This document shows positions 46,055-55,311 of a DNA stretch of 61,337 nt, in pieces (the stretch's first letter is position 1; the number at the start of each line of letters is the position of its first letter). Both the position numbers and the translations under genes were made by a program. The notes under the pieces are model-generated. The model had not been told where the DNA came from, ran no database searches, and was given only the letters and a program-made list of their open reading frames with translations. Source of the DNA: an uncultured virus (IMG/VR IMGVR_UViG_3300013119_000533) (Duplodnaviria > Heunggongvirae > Uroviricota > Caudoviricetes); the IMG/VR virus record IMGVR_UViG_3300013119_000533, positions 62,001-123,337 of that record; one strand, written 5' to 3'.

Positions 46055-46758
46055 TTTGTAACTACCACAATCCCAGTGTCAGTAACTTTCCTTTCTTGTT
46101 CAAACAAATGGCCATGAAAGCAAACAAGTTCAGACTTAAACGTTGGATTATCGGCAAGGATCTGGTTTACAACTTCCTTTACTGCAAACTTGGAAGGGTG
46201 ATAGTCATCAAACAAAATCACGCCGCCATCTCTTACCATCTTATTTGCAACATTAAAGTCATTCATAATAACATTAACATCTGTATGGTTTCCATCAATA
46301 AACGCCAAATCAAACTCATCCTCCATTTCATCAATAAAAAATGGTACCTCTGATACGTGCTTGAATTTGATCTTTTCTTTTTCCTCAAATGGAATCAACT
46401 GGTATATATCCTCATTAGAGACAACGGCAGACCTGTATCCTATTGCTTCGTTCTTCTTTTGAAAGTGTGAAACAATATCGATCGTAATAATTTCTTCGAT
46501 AGTCTCCTCCAGTGCAACCGAAAAACAAGCAGTTCCTCGACCAGTCCCGATTTCGAAAAATCGTTCTGCCTTGAGGTGATTTGCCACTGCTTTAACTAGA
46601 AAACACTGCTCTGCGCCGAAAGACATATCGCCCTCGTTCTTGTTTGGGTTAACTCTTGTTTTGGTAAAGTGACATATTGTAGAAAGTTTATTTAGATCAT
46701 CTTTCCACTCGTAACCGATTTGCTTAAAGTAATCCTCAAGATTAGTTATCTTCATCAT
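46051..46758 (-). CDS. Class I SAM methyltransferase (Methyltransf_24-like)
   Basis: FFEIGTGRG, FDLAFIDGNH, GGVILFDDY. Confidence 0.9.
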   Translation of the reverse strand: MMKITNLEDYFKQIGYEWKDDLNKLSTICHFTKTRVNPNKNEGDMSFGAEQCFLVKAVANHLKAERFFEIGTGRGTACFSVALEETIEEIITIDIVSHFQKKNEAIGYRSAVVSNEDIYQLIPFEEKEKIKFKHVSEVPFFIDEMEDEFDLAFIDGNHTDVNVIMNDFNVANKMVRDGGVILFDDYHPSKFAVKEVVNQILADNPTFKSELVCFHGHLFEQERKVTDTGIVVVTK

Positions 46759-47639
46759 ATTTCTCCTAAAAATTTATTATATTGTGATGCGACATATGAC
46801 ATGTCTATATTCGTGTTGCATTCATTGTCTATCTTTCTTGTAAAATCTAATTGTGGAGGTTCATACAATTTCAATGGCCTGAAATCCCATTCTTCTTCCT
46901 CAATCAATGTTGCGCCGAGGGCAACCTCTCTTGTACCGCCTGTAGATGAACATATAACTTTACACCCACATGCAACTGCATCAACAACAACGTTGGGACA
47001 GTGATCTAGAAATGCCAAATGAATAAAATAATCGCTCTTCTTGTATAACGAAATTAAAGTAGGTATATCCAAGTTCCCGACATAATAAACCCTGTCTTGA
47101 ATTATCGGGTTGGAAACCTCACCTGCAACAATCAGACAGTCACGCTCCCCTGAATGTTCCAAGAAATACCTTATATTTTCTCCCAACCTCTTGTGAGGTC
47201 TCCAGCTGGATGCGCAAGACCATACCTTATCATAGTTATCAAATACAGAATGCTCTAGAGGTGCTACAGAATTAATAAACTCCAAGTCGGCACCATTTCT
47301 AATAACTTTATAATTGTTGTGATGTCCAAAGTATTCAAAACTCAATCTTTTATTGAACTCAGTCTGAAATACTACTCCGTGTGCCTGGCGATATGTCTTC
47401 AATATCGGACTATTCTGAGAGACGTAATCAAAATCGCTATTAAAATATATTCCATCCAACCTCTGAAAGGTTGGGAGGGATGTTGGTCGCATCAAACTAA
47501 TAAAAGATAGTTGTACATCAAACGGCATCGATTCTGAGAATGTGTCTCCTTGCTTTTTCATATATTTCTTAAGCTTGTTTGCGAAATGGTTTGGACCACT
47601 CGTAGATCCAACATTAACATTGTCTAAAAATATATTCAT
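46755..47639 (-). CDS. Glycosyltransferase family 4
   Basis: SGP..F, QRLDG, IRNG, HKR, DHCPNVVVDAVACG. Confidence 0.88.
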   Translation of the reverse strand: MNIFLDNVNVGSTSGPNHFANKLKKYMKKQGDTFSESMPFDVQLSFISLMRPTSLPTFQRLDGIYFNSDFDYVSQNSPILKTYRQAHGVVFQTEFNKRLSFEYFGHHNNYKVIRNGADLEFINSVAPLEHSVFDNYDKVWSCASSWRPHKRLGENIRYFLEHSGERDCLIVAGEVSNPIIQDRVYYVGNLDIPTLISLYKKSDYFIHLAFLDHCPNVVVDAVACGCKVICSSTGGTREVALGATLIEEEEWDFRPLKLYEPPQLDFTRKIDNECNTNIDMSYVASQYNKFLGEI

Positions 47640-48373
47640 AGACTTTCTAACTTTTCATACTGTGTTTTTTTGGATATGTGCGCCTCGATCCTCAATTGAT
47701 CATACCTATGTACGCGGTCGACGGATATCGGATTGTGCCTATTGTAAATATAAAGAATATCACTTATAAGTCTAACCCTGCCTTTTCCAGACATCTCAAC
47801 CATAGGATACATCATAGCGCGATCGAACGTGCACTTATAAAAATACCCATCCAAATCAAGCAAGTCCTTCTTTTTTATCTTGCAAAATAATTCTTTTCTA
47901 AAAGTTCTCAAATGAGAGAATGACCAAGGAGCAGTTCTTATATTCTGGTTCCAGTAATCGTCAGAGACACTTGGGGTTACAACCATATAGTTATCATTCT
48001 GAACATATGAACCAACAGTCATCCAGCAGTCTGGGTCTCTGTAGTGTTCGTCCAATTTATTTAAGACGGCAGTACCTGCAAGAGTATCATCACCATCCAA
48101 AGTAATGATTATGGTGCCATCTTTTGCTGCATGTATTTGCGTATAAAGATTATAGAGTGCCTTCATATTCTCTTCATTGGAGACAATCTTGAACTTCTTC
48201 TCTGATTTTGATAGTATATCTTTTGCTATTTCTAGCGTGTTGTCCGTAGAGCAATCATCGACATAAACGATATCATAATTATCATATTCTTGTCGCAGGG
48301 CAGAATTTAAATTCTTTTCTACCCACTGTTCACAGTTGTATGCGGGTATAACTATAGTGAAATGACTCTTCAT
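47636..48373 (-). CDS. Glycosyltransferase family 2
   Basis: IVIPAYN, YVDDCSTD, LDGDD, LYIYN. Confidence 0.92.
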   Translation of the reverse strand: MKSHFTIVIPAYNCEQWVEKNLNSALRQEYDNYDIVYVDDCSTDNTLEIAKDILSKSEKKFKIVSNEENMKALYNLYTQIHAAKDGTIIITLDGDDTLAGTAVLNKLDEHYRDPDCWMTVGSYVQNDNYMVVTPSVSDDYWNQNIRTAPWSFSHLRTFRKELFCKIKKKDLLDLDGYFYKCTFDRAMMYPMVEMSGKGRVRLISDILYIYNRHNPISVDRVHRYDQLRIEAHISKKTQYEKLESL

Positions 48374-50457
48374 GCAAAACTATTCTCCCAAAAGAAGGAT
48401 GGTCTTGACTTGAGATATTCGACTATCTCTTCATATGTGCCGTCAAACCAACTTTCTTCATGATGTTGAACTTTGTCATTCATATCCAACTCACAATCCA
48501 GAAGTTTTGCCTCGATAACCATTCGTGGGCAAGTATCCAGACCAGTGGGCTTGAAGCACAACCCTTTAGATTCTGCCATCTTTTCAAGGAATTGTTGATA
48601 AGGCAAGTTCCACAATACTTCGTAATCATATCCCTTATCTTTACAGTGTGACTCTGTTTCATTGAGTCCCTTCACCCAACTTCTGGATCCCAAGACGACC
48701 CATTTTTCATTCTTACTCTTTGCTCTATCTCGAACATGCTCGATGAATTCAAAGAACCCATCATTGAAAAGAGAAGACAGAACAAACATATTCTTGTTAG
48801 TTATACCAGGAAGACTGTCCGTATGCATCTTCATCTGATTGTCTGACATGAAAAAGGCCGATGATGCGGCATTAACGAAATCCGTCATAACCTGTCCCTT
48901 TTCTGTGTTCTTGTAATCACATGAAGCGCCTTCTACCATCTCGTACAGGGCAGGGTTTCTATGTTTGCAATATTTATAATCGAATTCTACAAAAGTATAA
49001 GAAATTGAAGATGACGAGACCATCTTTAGCATTTCATTCGATGCATTGGCGACGTTGCCGAAGATCCATTTAGCGTCCTTATTGTTCTCTAAAAGAAATT
49101 CAGATAACTCAGATGTTCGAACCTTTACCACTTTGTCAGACTCACAAGTTTCTACAAGAGTCTCCAAACTCAATTCGGCGCCGCCGACATAATCTTCAAC
49201 AAACATATCATTAACAAAAATAAATTCTGGTTTTGTTAACCACTTTTCTGGGATTAGAGTTTTTAGCATTTTATCCAAAATTTTGGGTAGTGCCAGTTCA
49301 GATCTTAGGTGTGCAGATAGTTGATCTGCCCAAGACTTGTACATTCCGTGATTAGAATAAACCTTTCTAATTTTTATCTTAAAGTCTCTCTCGCTTGGAT
49401 AACACCACATAGCTTCTGGGACAAGGATGTTGTCCCATACTGCTTCTTTTTGTATGTGCTTGAGTGAATAATCGACCTTTGCGAACAATGGTTTGTTTTT
49501 AATTTTTTTTGTCTTCTTATCTCTAGTAGGAGCATAAAGAAAATCCATGTGACCAGACCACCCTGGAGCAACTACAGGTAGTCCATTGTACGCTGCTTCA
49601 AATAGCGGTAACCCAAACCCTTCGCCGTGGGTTGCTGATATGATTGCTTTAATTTTTGAATTGTTATAGATCGCATTGATCTCATCATCAGTCATCTCAC
49701 CGTGAAGCAAATAGATGGAACACTTTCTTTCTCCAACATGCTTTAGTACTAGTTTTAATTGCTCCAAACAAGATTCGCGGTCTGGAGTGGAGTTCTTGGA
49801 AAAGTTAGTCTTTACCACCAACCCTACCTCGTCATCCTTAAACTCACTTACGAACCATCTAATTGTATCAATGAGGTTCTTTCTTATTCCCCATTGAGCA
49901 ATACAAAGAAAATTAAACTCATCCTTCAAATCCAAATCAATGCTAGTGTTACGTCCTTCGCGAACTGGGTAACTCACCACCTCTACTGGTGCGCCGCATC
50001 CGACACGGACCTGTTGGTTCGTTTCCTTATTTTCACCATCATAAAAAGTATTTTCAAAGACCCATTTTGAGAAGTTACTAGGTACAATCAGTTTATCCAT
50101 CTCGTACGACTTTTGAATCCATGCGGGTGCAACTTTCGTTGCTTCTATGCCAGCTGTCACACAAACAGCATATGGTGCCTTTCTGGAAAACTCACTTGGA
50201 ATCCCAACATGAATATGTACATCAAAATTCTTCTGATCGTCGGGTAGAGATTGAAATTTCGCAACCAGATTGTGGATCCACCGTGCTTCCTCTTCATTGT
50301 CCAACAACCACCCTGTGGCACCCCAATTTAGAGGATTCACATAAAGGTCTAAACTATCACCTCTTGCTTTGAGGGATTCTAAGACCAACCTCGTGTGCAC
50401 TCCATAACCAGACCTTGTGAGGGCTGGACCTTCGATTAATACTTTTATTCTACTCAT
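48370..50457 (-). CDS. Two-domain glycosyltransferase (GT4 + second GT-B-like domain)
   Basis: RSGYG, RKN, HGEGFGLPLFEA in the first domain; GGAE, KG, DTCPRMVIEAKL in the second; start at ATG 50457 (ATGA overlap). Confidence 0.88.
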   Translation of the reverse strand: MSRIKVLIEGPALTRSGYGVHTRLVLESLKARGDSLDLYVNPLNWGATGWLLDNEEEARWIHNLVAKFQSLPDDQKNFDVHIHVGIPSEFSRKAPYAVCVTAGIEATKVAPAWIQKSYEMDKLIVPSNFSKWVFENTFYDGENKETNQQVRVGCGAPVEVVSYPVREGRNTSIDLDLKDEFNFLCIAQWGIRKNLIDTIRWFVSEFKDDEVGLVVKTNFSKNSTPDRESCLEQLKLVLKHVGERKCSIYLLHGEMTDDEINAIYNNSKIKAIISATHGEGFGLPLFEAAYNGLPVVAPGWSGHMDFLYAPTRDKKTKKIKNKPLFAKVDYSLKHIQKEAVWDNILVPEAMWCYPSERDFKIKIRKVYSNHGMYKSWADQLSAHLRSELALPKILDKMLKTLIPEKWLTKPEFIFVNDMFVEDYVGGAELSLETLVETCESDKVVKVRTSELSEFLLENNKDAKWIFGNVANASNEMLKMVSSSSISYTFVEFDYKYCKHRNPALYEMVEGASCDYKNTEKGQVMTDFVNAASSAFFMSDNQMKMHTDSLPGITNKNMFVLSSLFNDGFFEFIEHVRDRAKSKNEKWVVLGSRSWVKGLNETESHCKDKGYDYEVLWNLPYQQFLEKMAESKGLCFKPTGLDTCPRMVIEAKLLDCELDMNDKVQHHEESWFDGTYEEIVEYLKSRPSFFWENSFA

Positions 50458-51725
50458 AGGACTTTCTGTAAACTCCACTGCTTTCTATCCATCGTATCCC
50501 AAGATCCATGCTTCTTGTGAACACCCTCTAGAAGGTTTCCCCAACTAGAGACATATTTTTCCATGCTATAATTATCTATAACGTGCTGGCGACCCTTCTT
50601 GCCCATCTCCAGGCGATCTTTCTTGGTCATCTTAAACATTTTCACCATGGCATCTACCAAGTCAGACCCTGATATTCTATCTTCATAGATCCAGGGAACC
50701 TCTTGAGACCCAATGATCGCCTTGGACGATGGTTCAATGCCGATACCAAACCAATCTTTTCCATTTGTTACTTGCTCCTGCAGTCCACCTGTCATATTAA
50801 CAATTATCGGGGTTTCTGTGGCAAGGGATTCAAGCGTGGCCAGTCCAAAACCTTCAGCATCAGAAATATTGATTGTACAATCTACACTATTATAAAGCAT
50901 CGACAATTGTTGAATTGATAGTTTCTGTGTCGACAACTTAAACTGATCGTCATCAAACCCCAGTTTTTCCTTAATTGCATCCAAATCCTGCCCGTTTGGA
51001 TCCTTTGGTTCCGTGTGCATGATCAAAGTTGCTTTATCTCTACCAACCTTATCAAGAAAATCATTAAACCAGAACATCAAAGAACCAGACTGCTTTCTTC
51101 TAGCGTTACGATTATTCCAAAAGAATGTGAATCTCTTATTTCCCTTGGAATCAATGCCGAGACCGTTTTCTTTTTTAAATGTCTTTATCAAGTCCGTGTC
51201 CTTAGTCTTGCTAAAAACAGTATCATTTACAGCGTGAGGCATGTGGTGACATTCTACTTCTGGAGCTACAGTTCTTACAATATCATCTGTAACTTTACTG
51301 ATTGTTGCAATGATATCATTTGATAAGTACCACTTTCTGTTAAATGTAGGATATGGCAAATTATCCCAAACATGGTAATAAACCAAAGGGGCGACAGATC
51401 TAACTTCATTGTCAATCTCCCACAGCCATCCCCAAAACCTTGGGTCCGTCATTATCCACACTATATCTGGTTTTTGTGCCTTTAGAAGTGCTCGGACTTG
51501 CTCCTGTGTACCATACCCATCAACTGGGTATATGATCCAATCGTCTCCGTATTCTTCTGTTCTGATTGGTTTGTATTCAGGGTGGCGGATGGCACCGCCG
51601 AAGCAAACAAACTCGAATTTTCCAGTTTGTAAAAGTCCTTCTATCATATATCTTGTTTGCGTTCCCACTCCAGATGGAGCAAGCGGACTATCCGCTAAAC
51701 AAAATACTTTTATTTTTTTCATCAA
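50454..51725 (-). CDS. Glycosyltransferase family 4
   Basis: PSGVG, PHAV, NRNARRKQ, AEGFGLATLESLA. Confidence 0.92.
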   Translation of the reverse strand: MMKKIKVFCLADSPLAPSGVGTQTRYMIEGLLQTGKFEFVCFGGAIRHPEYKPIRTEEYGDDWIIYPVDGYGTQEQVRALLKAQKPDIVWIMTDPRFWGWLWEIDNEVRSVAPLVYYHVWDNLPYPTFNRKWYLSNDIIATISKVTDDIVRTVAPEVECHHMPHAVNDTVFSKTKDTDLIKTFKKENGLGIDSKGNKRFTFFWNNRNARRKQSGSLMFWFNDFLDKVGRDKATLIMHTEPKDPNGQDLDAIKEKLGFDDDQFKLSTQKLSIQQLSMLYNSVDCTINISDAEGFGLATLESLATETPIIVNMTGGLQEQVTNGKDWFGIGIEPSSKAIIGSQEVPWIYEDRISGSDLVDAMVKMFKMTKKDRLEMGKKGRQHVIDNYSMEKYVSSWGNLLEGVHKKHGSWDTMDRKQWSLQKVL

Positions 51726-52586
51726 TCACCTACAATGTTCTGTTTTATAAAATTCGCAGTATTTACACGACATTCTGTTCTTTATATCGACTCCAGATTC
51801 GATATTGTTGATCGCTTGTTCGAGTAACTTAAGAGCATTTTGCGTCTTTTTTTCACCACTCGTCACACGAAAAATTTCAACCCTATCCTTCTTGGATGTA
51901 CGCTTAAGAAGAGCGAAGTGAGTCTCTACGTCCTTTATATCAATATTATACTTCATAGAATAGAAATTTTTATATAAAGTTAATTGATAAGTCACTAATC
52001 TTTCCGACCTTTTCTTTGCATTCCATCCCCAGGAGCATGTTTTCCAATCAATTACGTGATGCTTCTGATCTGGTGTTTTTACGATCAAGTCAATGAATCC
52101 TTTGAACTTATAGTCAGTGTCAAAACTGTTTATTGGTTCGTAAATAGGTTCTTCTACGGAAACAACTTCGTATTTTCCAAAATAATCAGTCAAGGCTGGA
52201 AGAATAAATTCGACGATATTGTCTCCCTGATCCCTCATGTCATTGACGAGTTTTTTAGTTAACTGGTGGGTTTTAGATATTTCAGTTAATTCACTTAAAA
52301 ACTTTTTCTGAAACATTAATTTGGCAATTGCGACTTTAGAATTATCAACAACTAAATTTTCGCAAACATGATGGAGGGCGGTACCAAAGGCAGTATATTC
52401 ATTCCCCTGAAATTTTTTTATCTTGTCCAGGTAAATCAGTTTGTGCTTGTGACTGCACTCCGCCCAAATCTTCATTTCCGAGTAGCTGATCTTCTTTAGT
52501 CGCCCTGGATCTGGTTGATTTTGCTCGGGTCGGTTTTGTCGACCTTGCTTTTCTTGGTTGTTTAGCACTTTTAACTGGTTTTTCAT
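51726..52586 (-). CDS. PD-(D/E)xK nuclease (Cas4/AddB-like with Cys cluster)
   Basis: ISYS....W..C, FGTALH, E, FKGFIDL..VIDWKT, QL.LY, C-terminal CKYCEF....C. Confidence 0.9.
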   Translation of the reverse strand: MKNQLKVLNNQEKQGRQNRPEQNQPDPGRLKKISYSEMKIWAECSHKHKLIYLDKIKKFQGNEYTAFGTALHHVCENLVVDNSKVAIAKLMFQKKFLSELTEISKTHQLTKKLVNDMRDQGDNIVEFILPALTDYFGKYEVVSVEEPIYEPINSFDTDYKFKGFIDLIVKTPDQKHHVIDWKTCSWGWNAKKRSERLVTYQLTLYKNFYSMKYNIDIKDVETHFALLKRTSKKDRVEIFRVTSGEKKTQNALKLLEQAINNIESGVDIKNRMSCKYCEFYKTEHCR

Positions 52587-52818
52587 TTTTAACCTTTCTC
52601 AAAATCCACGTAGAGGATAAAGTTGGATTCTTGCCCTCTGTACTACAGGCAGTCTCCGTCTCCACAACATAATCATTAAGATTATATCCGTTTTCTTTCA
52701 CAATGTCAAGAATTTGTTCTGTCCTAACTGATACGTGTGGATCTCTCGCCTTTGCTCTGCCGTCAATGCTAACATTTACCATCAACCTTCCATTCTCTTC
52801 TTCAAAATTAACTTTCAT
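52399..52818 (-). CDS. Hypothetical protein with a basic low-complexity C-terminal region (139 aa)
   Basis: GGAGG RBS; overlaps the nuclease ORF by 188 nt. Confidence 0.7.
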   Translation of the reverse strand: MKVNFEEENGRLMVNVSIDGRAKARDPHVSVRTEQILDIVKENGYNLNDYVVETETACSTEGKNPTLSSTWILRKVKNEKPVKSAKQPRKARSTKPTRAKSTRSRATKEDQLLGNEDLGGVQSQAQTDLPGQDKKISGE

Positions 52819-52820
52819 AA

Positions 52821-53483
52821 CTAACCTCCTGTTTCTAGTTTTTCTAATTTGTTGAATAATATAGGACTGACCTTCTTTAGATACAGGTCTCTATGAAAAA
52901 AGTACGCCTCGAATCCGTTTGCAAAATATTCCCTTAAAGAAGTTGCACCATAAGGACTGTAAAATATTCCCTGAGAAAGTGTCGTCATGGTAGGGTACCC
53001 GATCACCTGTGAAAAGTACATGTCCAACTCTGTGTCATACTCTGCGTTTTGCATCTTTTCTTTTGGTAGTGATATTCCAGATGTTTCGAATTCTTTCTGC
53101 AGTTGGGATCTCTTTTTTAAAAACTCCCTTTCTATCTCCATGTCAGAGTAAACAAAGTTCTTATACCTCTCTTCTACAGAGTGTCCTATTTCGTGTACTA
53201 TATCATCCAATACACTTAAGTTATCCTCTTGACTGTTACTAGCATATATTGCACCGTCCATGTATGCGGCATTATATCCTTTCTTTTTTAAGAAATCGAA
53301 TTCTCCAAATATAATGTAATCAATATCAGATAAAAAATGACTTGGAAGATTTTCTAATGTTTCCTTAAGGTCCCCTGTCGACATATCAAAATCAATCGGA
53401 TCTTTGATGACCACATTTATACCAGAAACAGTTAAAAAATTAGTTTCATTCAGTTTCGCTTTGCTTTTTAGATAACCCCGCAT
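52821..53483 (-). CDS. HExxH zinc metallopeptidase-like protein (zincin)
   Basis: VHEIGH and downstream EYFANGFE; ATG 53483 preferred over GTG 53510. Confidence 0.7.
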   Translation of the reverse strand: MRGYLKSKAKLNETNFLTVSGINVVIKDPIDFDMSTGDLKETLENLPSHFLSDIDYIIFGEFDFLKKKGYNAAYMDGAIYASNSQEDNLSVLDDIVHEIGHSVEERYKNFVYSDMEIEREFLKKRSQLQKEFETSGISLPKEKMQNAEYDTELDMYFSQVIGYPTMTTLSQGIFYSPYGATSLREYFANGFEAYFFHRDLYLKKVSPILFNKLEKLETGG

Positions 53484-53742
53484 TATAAAGTCTTTCTCCT
53501 TCCTCCACATCTGCCAGTGCCTGTTGATAACCTCTGACCCAGTTTTCCTCAGAGATACAAAGAACCAACTGTGGAAACTGCTCAGCTAAGACATCAATAA
53601 TCATGCCTACAGTAACTTTCTCATCTTCTGGGTCTTTCTCATTGCCCACATAGTTGATGATATAATCCTGCAACTCATTTCCGCCATCAACCTGATTGTC
53701 TAGCGTTGTAAGTTCTGCGCTTAAATCTTTTTCTATTTTCAT
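53446..53742 (-). CDS. Hypothetical acidic protein (98 aa)
   Basis: GAGG RBS, clean ORF in operon. Confidence 0.75.
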   Translation of the reverse strand: MKIEKDLSAELTTLDNQVDGGNELQDYIINYVGNEKDPEDEKVTVGMIIDVLAEQFPQLVLCISEENWVRGYQQALADVEEGERLYNAGLSKKQSETE

Positions 53743-53749
53743 TTTATCC

Positions 53750-55075
53750 TCACAATAATTTCGAAGCTAGTGTTGCGATCTGTGATCGCTCACCCTTAAT
53801 AAGAGTGATGTGTCCAGAACTGTTCTGTTCTTTAAATCTATCTATTACATATGTAAGACCATTTGTCGTTTCGTCAAGGTATACATTGTCTATTTGTTCA
53901 ATATCTCCAGTTAAAACAATCTTGGTGCCCTCTCCCACTCGTGTCAGTACGGTCTTTATCTCGTGCTTTGTCATGTTTTGTGCCTCATCAATAATGATAA
54001 ACGCATTTGCTATTGAGCGACCTCGTATAAAAGTCATTGCCTCAATTTCGATCTTTCCTTCATCTATATACATGTCTAAAGTAATTTTATCATTACCCAT
54101 AAGATTTTTTAAATTATCCTGTATCGGTGCTAACCAAGGCAGCATCTTCTCTTCCATACTACCTGGGAGGAAACCGATGTCTTTTCCGACTGGTTCGACT
54201 GGTTTTGTGACAATTACCCTAGAATAGTGTGAATCATTTGCAGTTGCTCCGAAGCACTGTTGTAAACCAGCTGCTAGTGCTAATAGGGTTTTACCAGAAC
54301 CCGCTTTTCCAATTATCGTAACCAGTGGAATATCGGGATTCATCAATAAATCCAACGCAAAGTTTTGCTCCTTGTTTTTCGGGCGTACGCCCCAGATTCC
54401 TTTTTTGTATGAATCAATCTTCTTTAATGGCCTCTCATAACTCAAGAATCTAACTAGCGCAGTCTTCTTGTCGTTTGAACTACTAATCAACATAACATAC
54501 TGATTCGGTTCGACCTTGATCTCTTCTTCATCTAAATAAACTGCTTCGTCCTTATATACGGAATCGATAATTTGATCATCAACAAGATGTTCTGTAAGTC
54601 CTGTATACAGTCCTTCAATATCATCCACCACTTGATCATTCGAATAATCTTCACAATCAATAGAGAGAGCATCACATTTGACTCTCATATTAATATCTCG
54701 TGATACAAGAATAACTTTTGATTTCTTATTATTCTCTTTAATGCTTAAAGCAGTGGCAATAATTTGGTTGTCTGGATTTTCTACATCCAGATCATCTGGG
54801 AGTTTGAAGGGGTCAAAACCTCTAACGAAAAGTTTGTTATCACCCTCTTCCTTTAATTTCACGCCCTCAAACAGATTTCCCTGTGATCTGAGTTCGTCTA
54901 ATTTCCTGATTGTGTTTCTTGCATGTACACCGACAGAATCTTGTCTTTTTTTGTGTTTGTCTATTTCATCTAAGACTTTTAATGGGATGGCAATGTCACC
55001 ATCATCAAAATTTAGTAAGGAATTACTATCTGTTAAAAGTACGTTAGTATCTAGGACGAATATCTTTTTGCTCAA
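53750..55075 (-). CDS. phoH: PIN-domain + PhoH ATPase (PhoH2/YlaK type)
   Basis: VLDTNVLL..E.D..DNQII..SRDINMRVK PIN domain; GKAGSGKT, IGFLPG, IRGRSI, IIDEAQN, GDIEQID. Confidence 0.95.
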   Translation of the reverse strand: MSKKIFVLDTNVLLTDSNSLLNFDDGDIAIPLKVLDEIDKHKKRQDSVGVHARNTIRKLDELRSQGNLFEGVKLKEEGDNKLFVRGFDPFKLPDDLDVENPDNQIIATALSIKENNKKSKVILVSRDINMRVKCDALSIDCEDYSNDQVVDDIEGLYTGLTEHLVDDQIIDSVYKDEAVYLDEEEIKVEPNQYVMLISSSNDKKTALVRFLSYERPLKKIDSYKKGIWGVRPKNKEQNFALDLLMNPDIPLVTIIGKAGSGKTLLALAAGLQQCFGATANDSHYSRVIVTKPVEPVGKDIGFLPGSMEEKMLPWLAPIQDNLKNLMGNDKITLDMYIDEGKIEIEAMTFIRGRSIANAFIIIDEAQNMTKHEIKTVLTRVGEGTKIVLTGDIEQIDNVYLDETTNGLTYVIDRFKEQNSSGHITLIKGERSQIATLASKLL

Positions 55076-55253
55076 TCTTAACCTCTTCTTCTATATTATA
55101 ATTAGTTTCTGGGGTTATTTTTCTCCAATCAGTAAGTGTTTTAGAAAAAACTACCTTACCTTCTTCTTGTGGGGTTGTTATGTTTTGGCAGACTGGTTGT
55201 TCAGCAACCTGTATACACAGCGTAGCTCCTACGAATATGATTGTCTCTAGCAC
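55044..55253 (-). CDS. Small hypothetical protein (69 aa) with hydrophobic N-terminus
   Basis: AAGGAG RBS before GTG; overlaps the phoH start by 32 nt. Confidence 0.5.
   Translation of the reverse strand: MLETIIFVGATLCIQVAEQPVCQNITTPQEEGKVVFSKTLTDWRKITPETNYNIEEEVKIEQKDIRPRY
55088..55104 (-). promoter_or_regulatory. Leader motif TAATTATAATATAGAAG upstream of phoH
   Basis: Identical to 27393-27409. Confidence 0.5.
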
Positions 55254-55311
55254 GACTTTCTCCTTTTAAAAAAATAAATGTTTATTCGATATACTTAGTA
55301 TAGAGGATTTT

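Noticed and set aside
32514..51725. Cellular O-antigen/capsule locus (bacterial chromosome or prophage flank)
   Set aside because: No membrane export or polymerase genes, and seamless coupling to phage genes on both sides
51726..52586. Cas4-like nuclease as evidence for a CRISPR-Cas system
   Set aside because: No repeat-spacer array or other cas genes seen; stand-alone PD-(D/E)xK nucleases are common in phages
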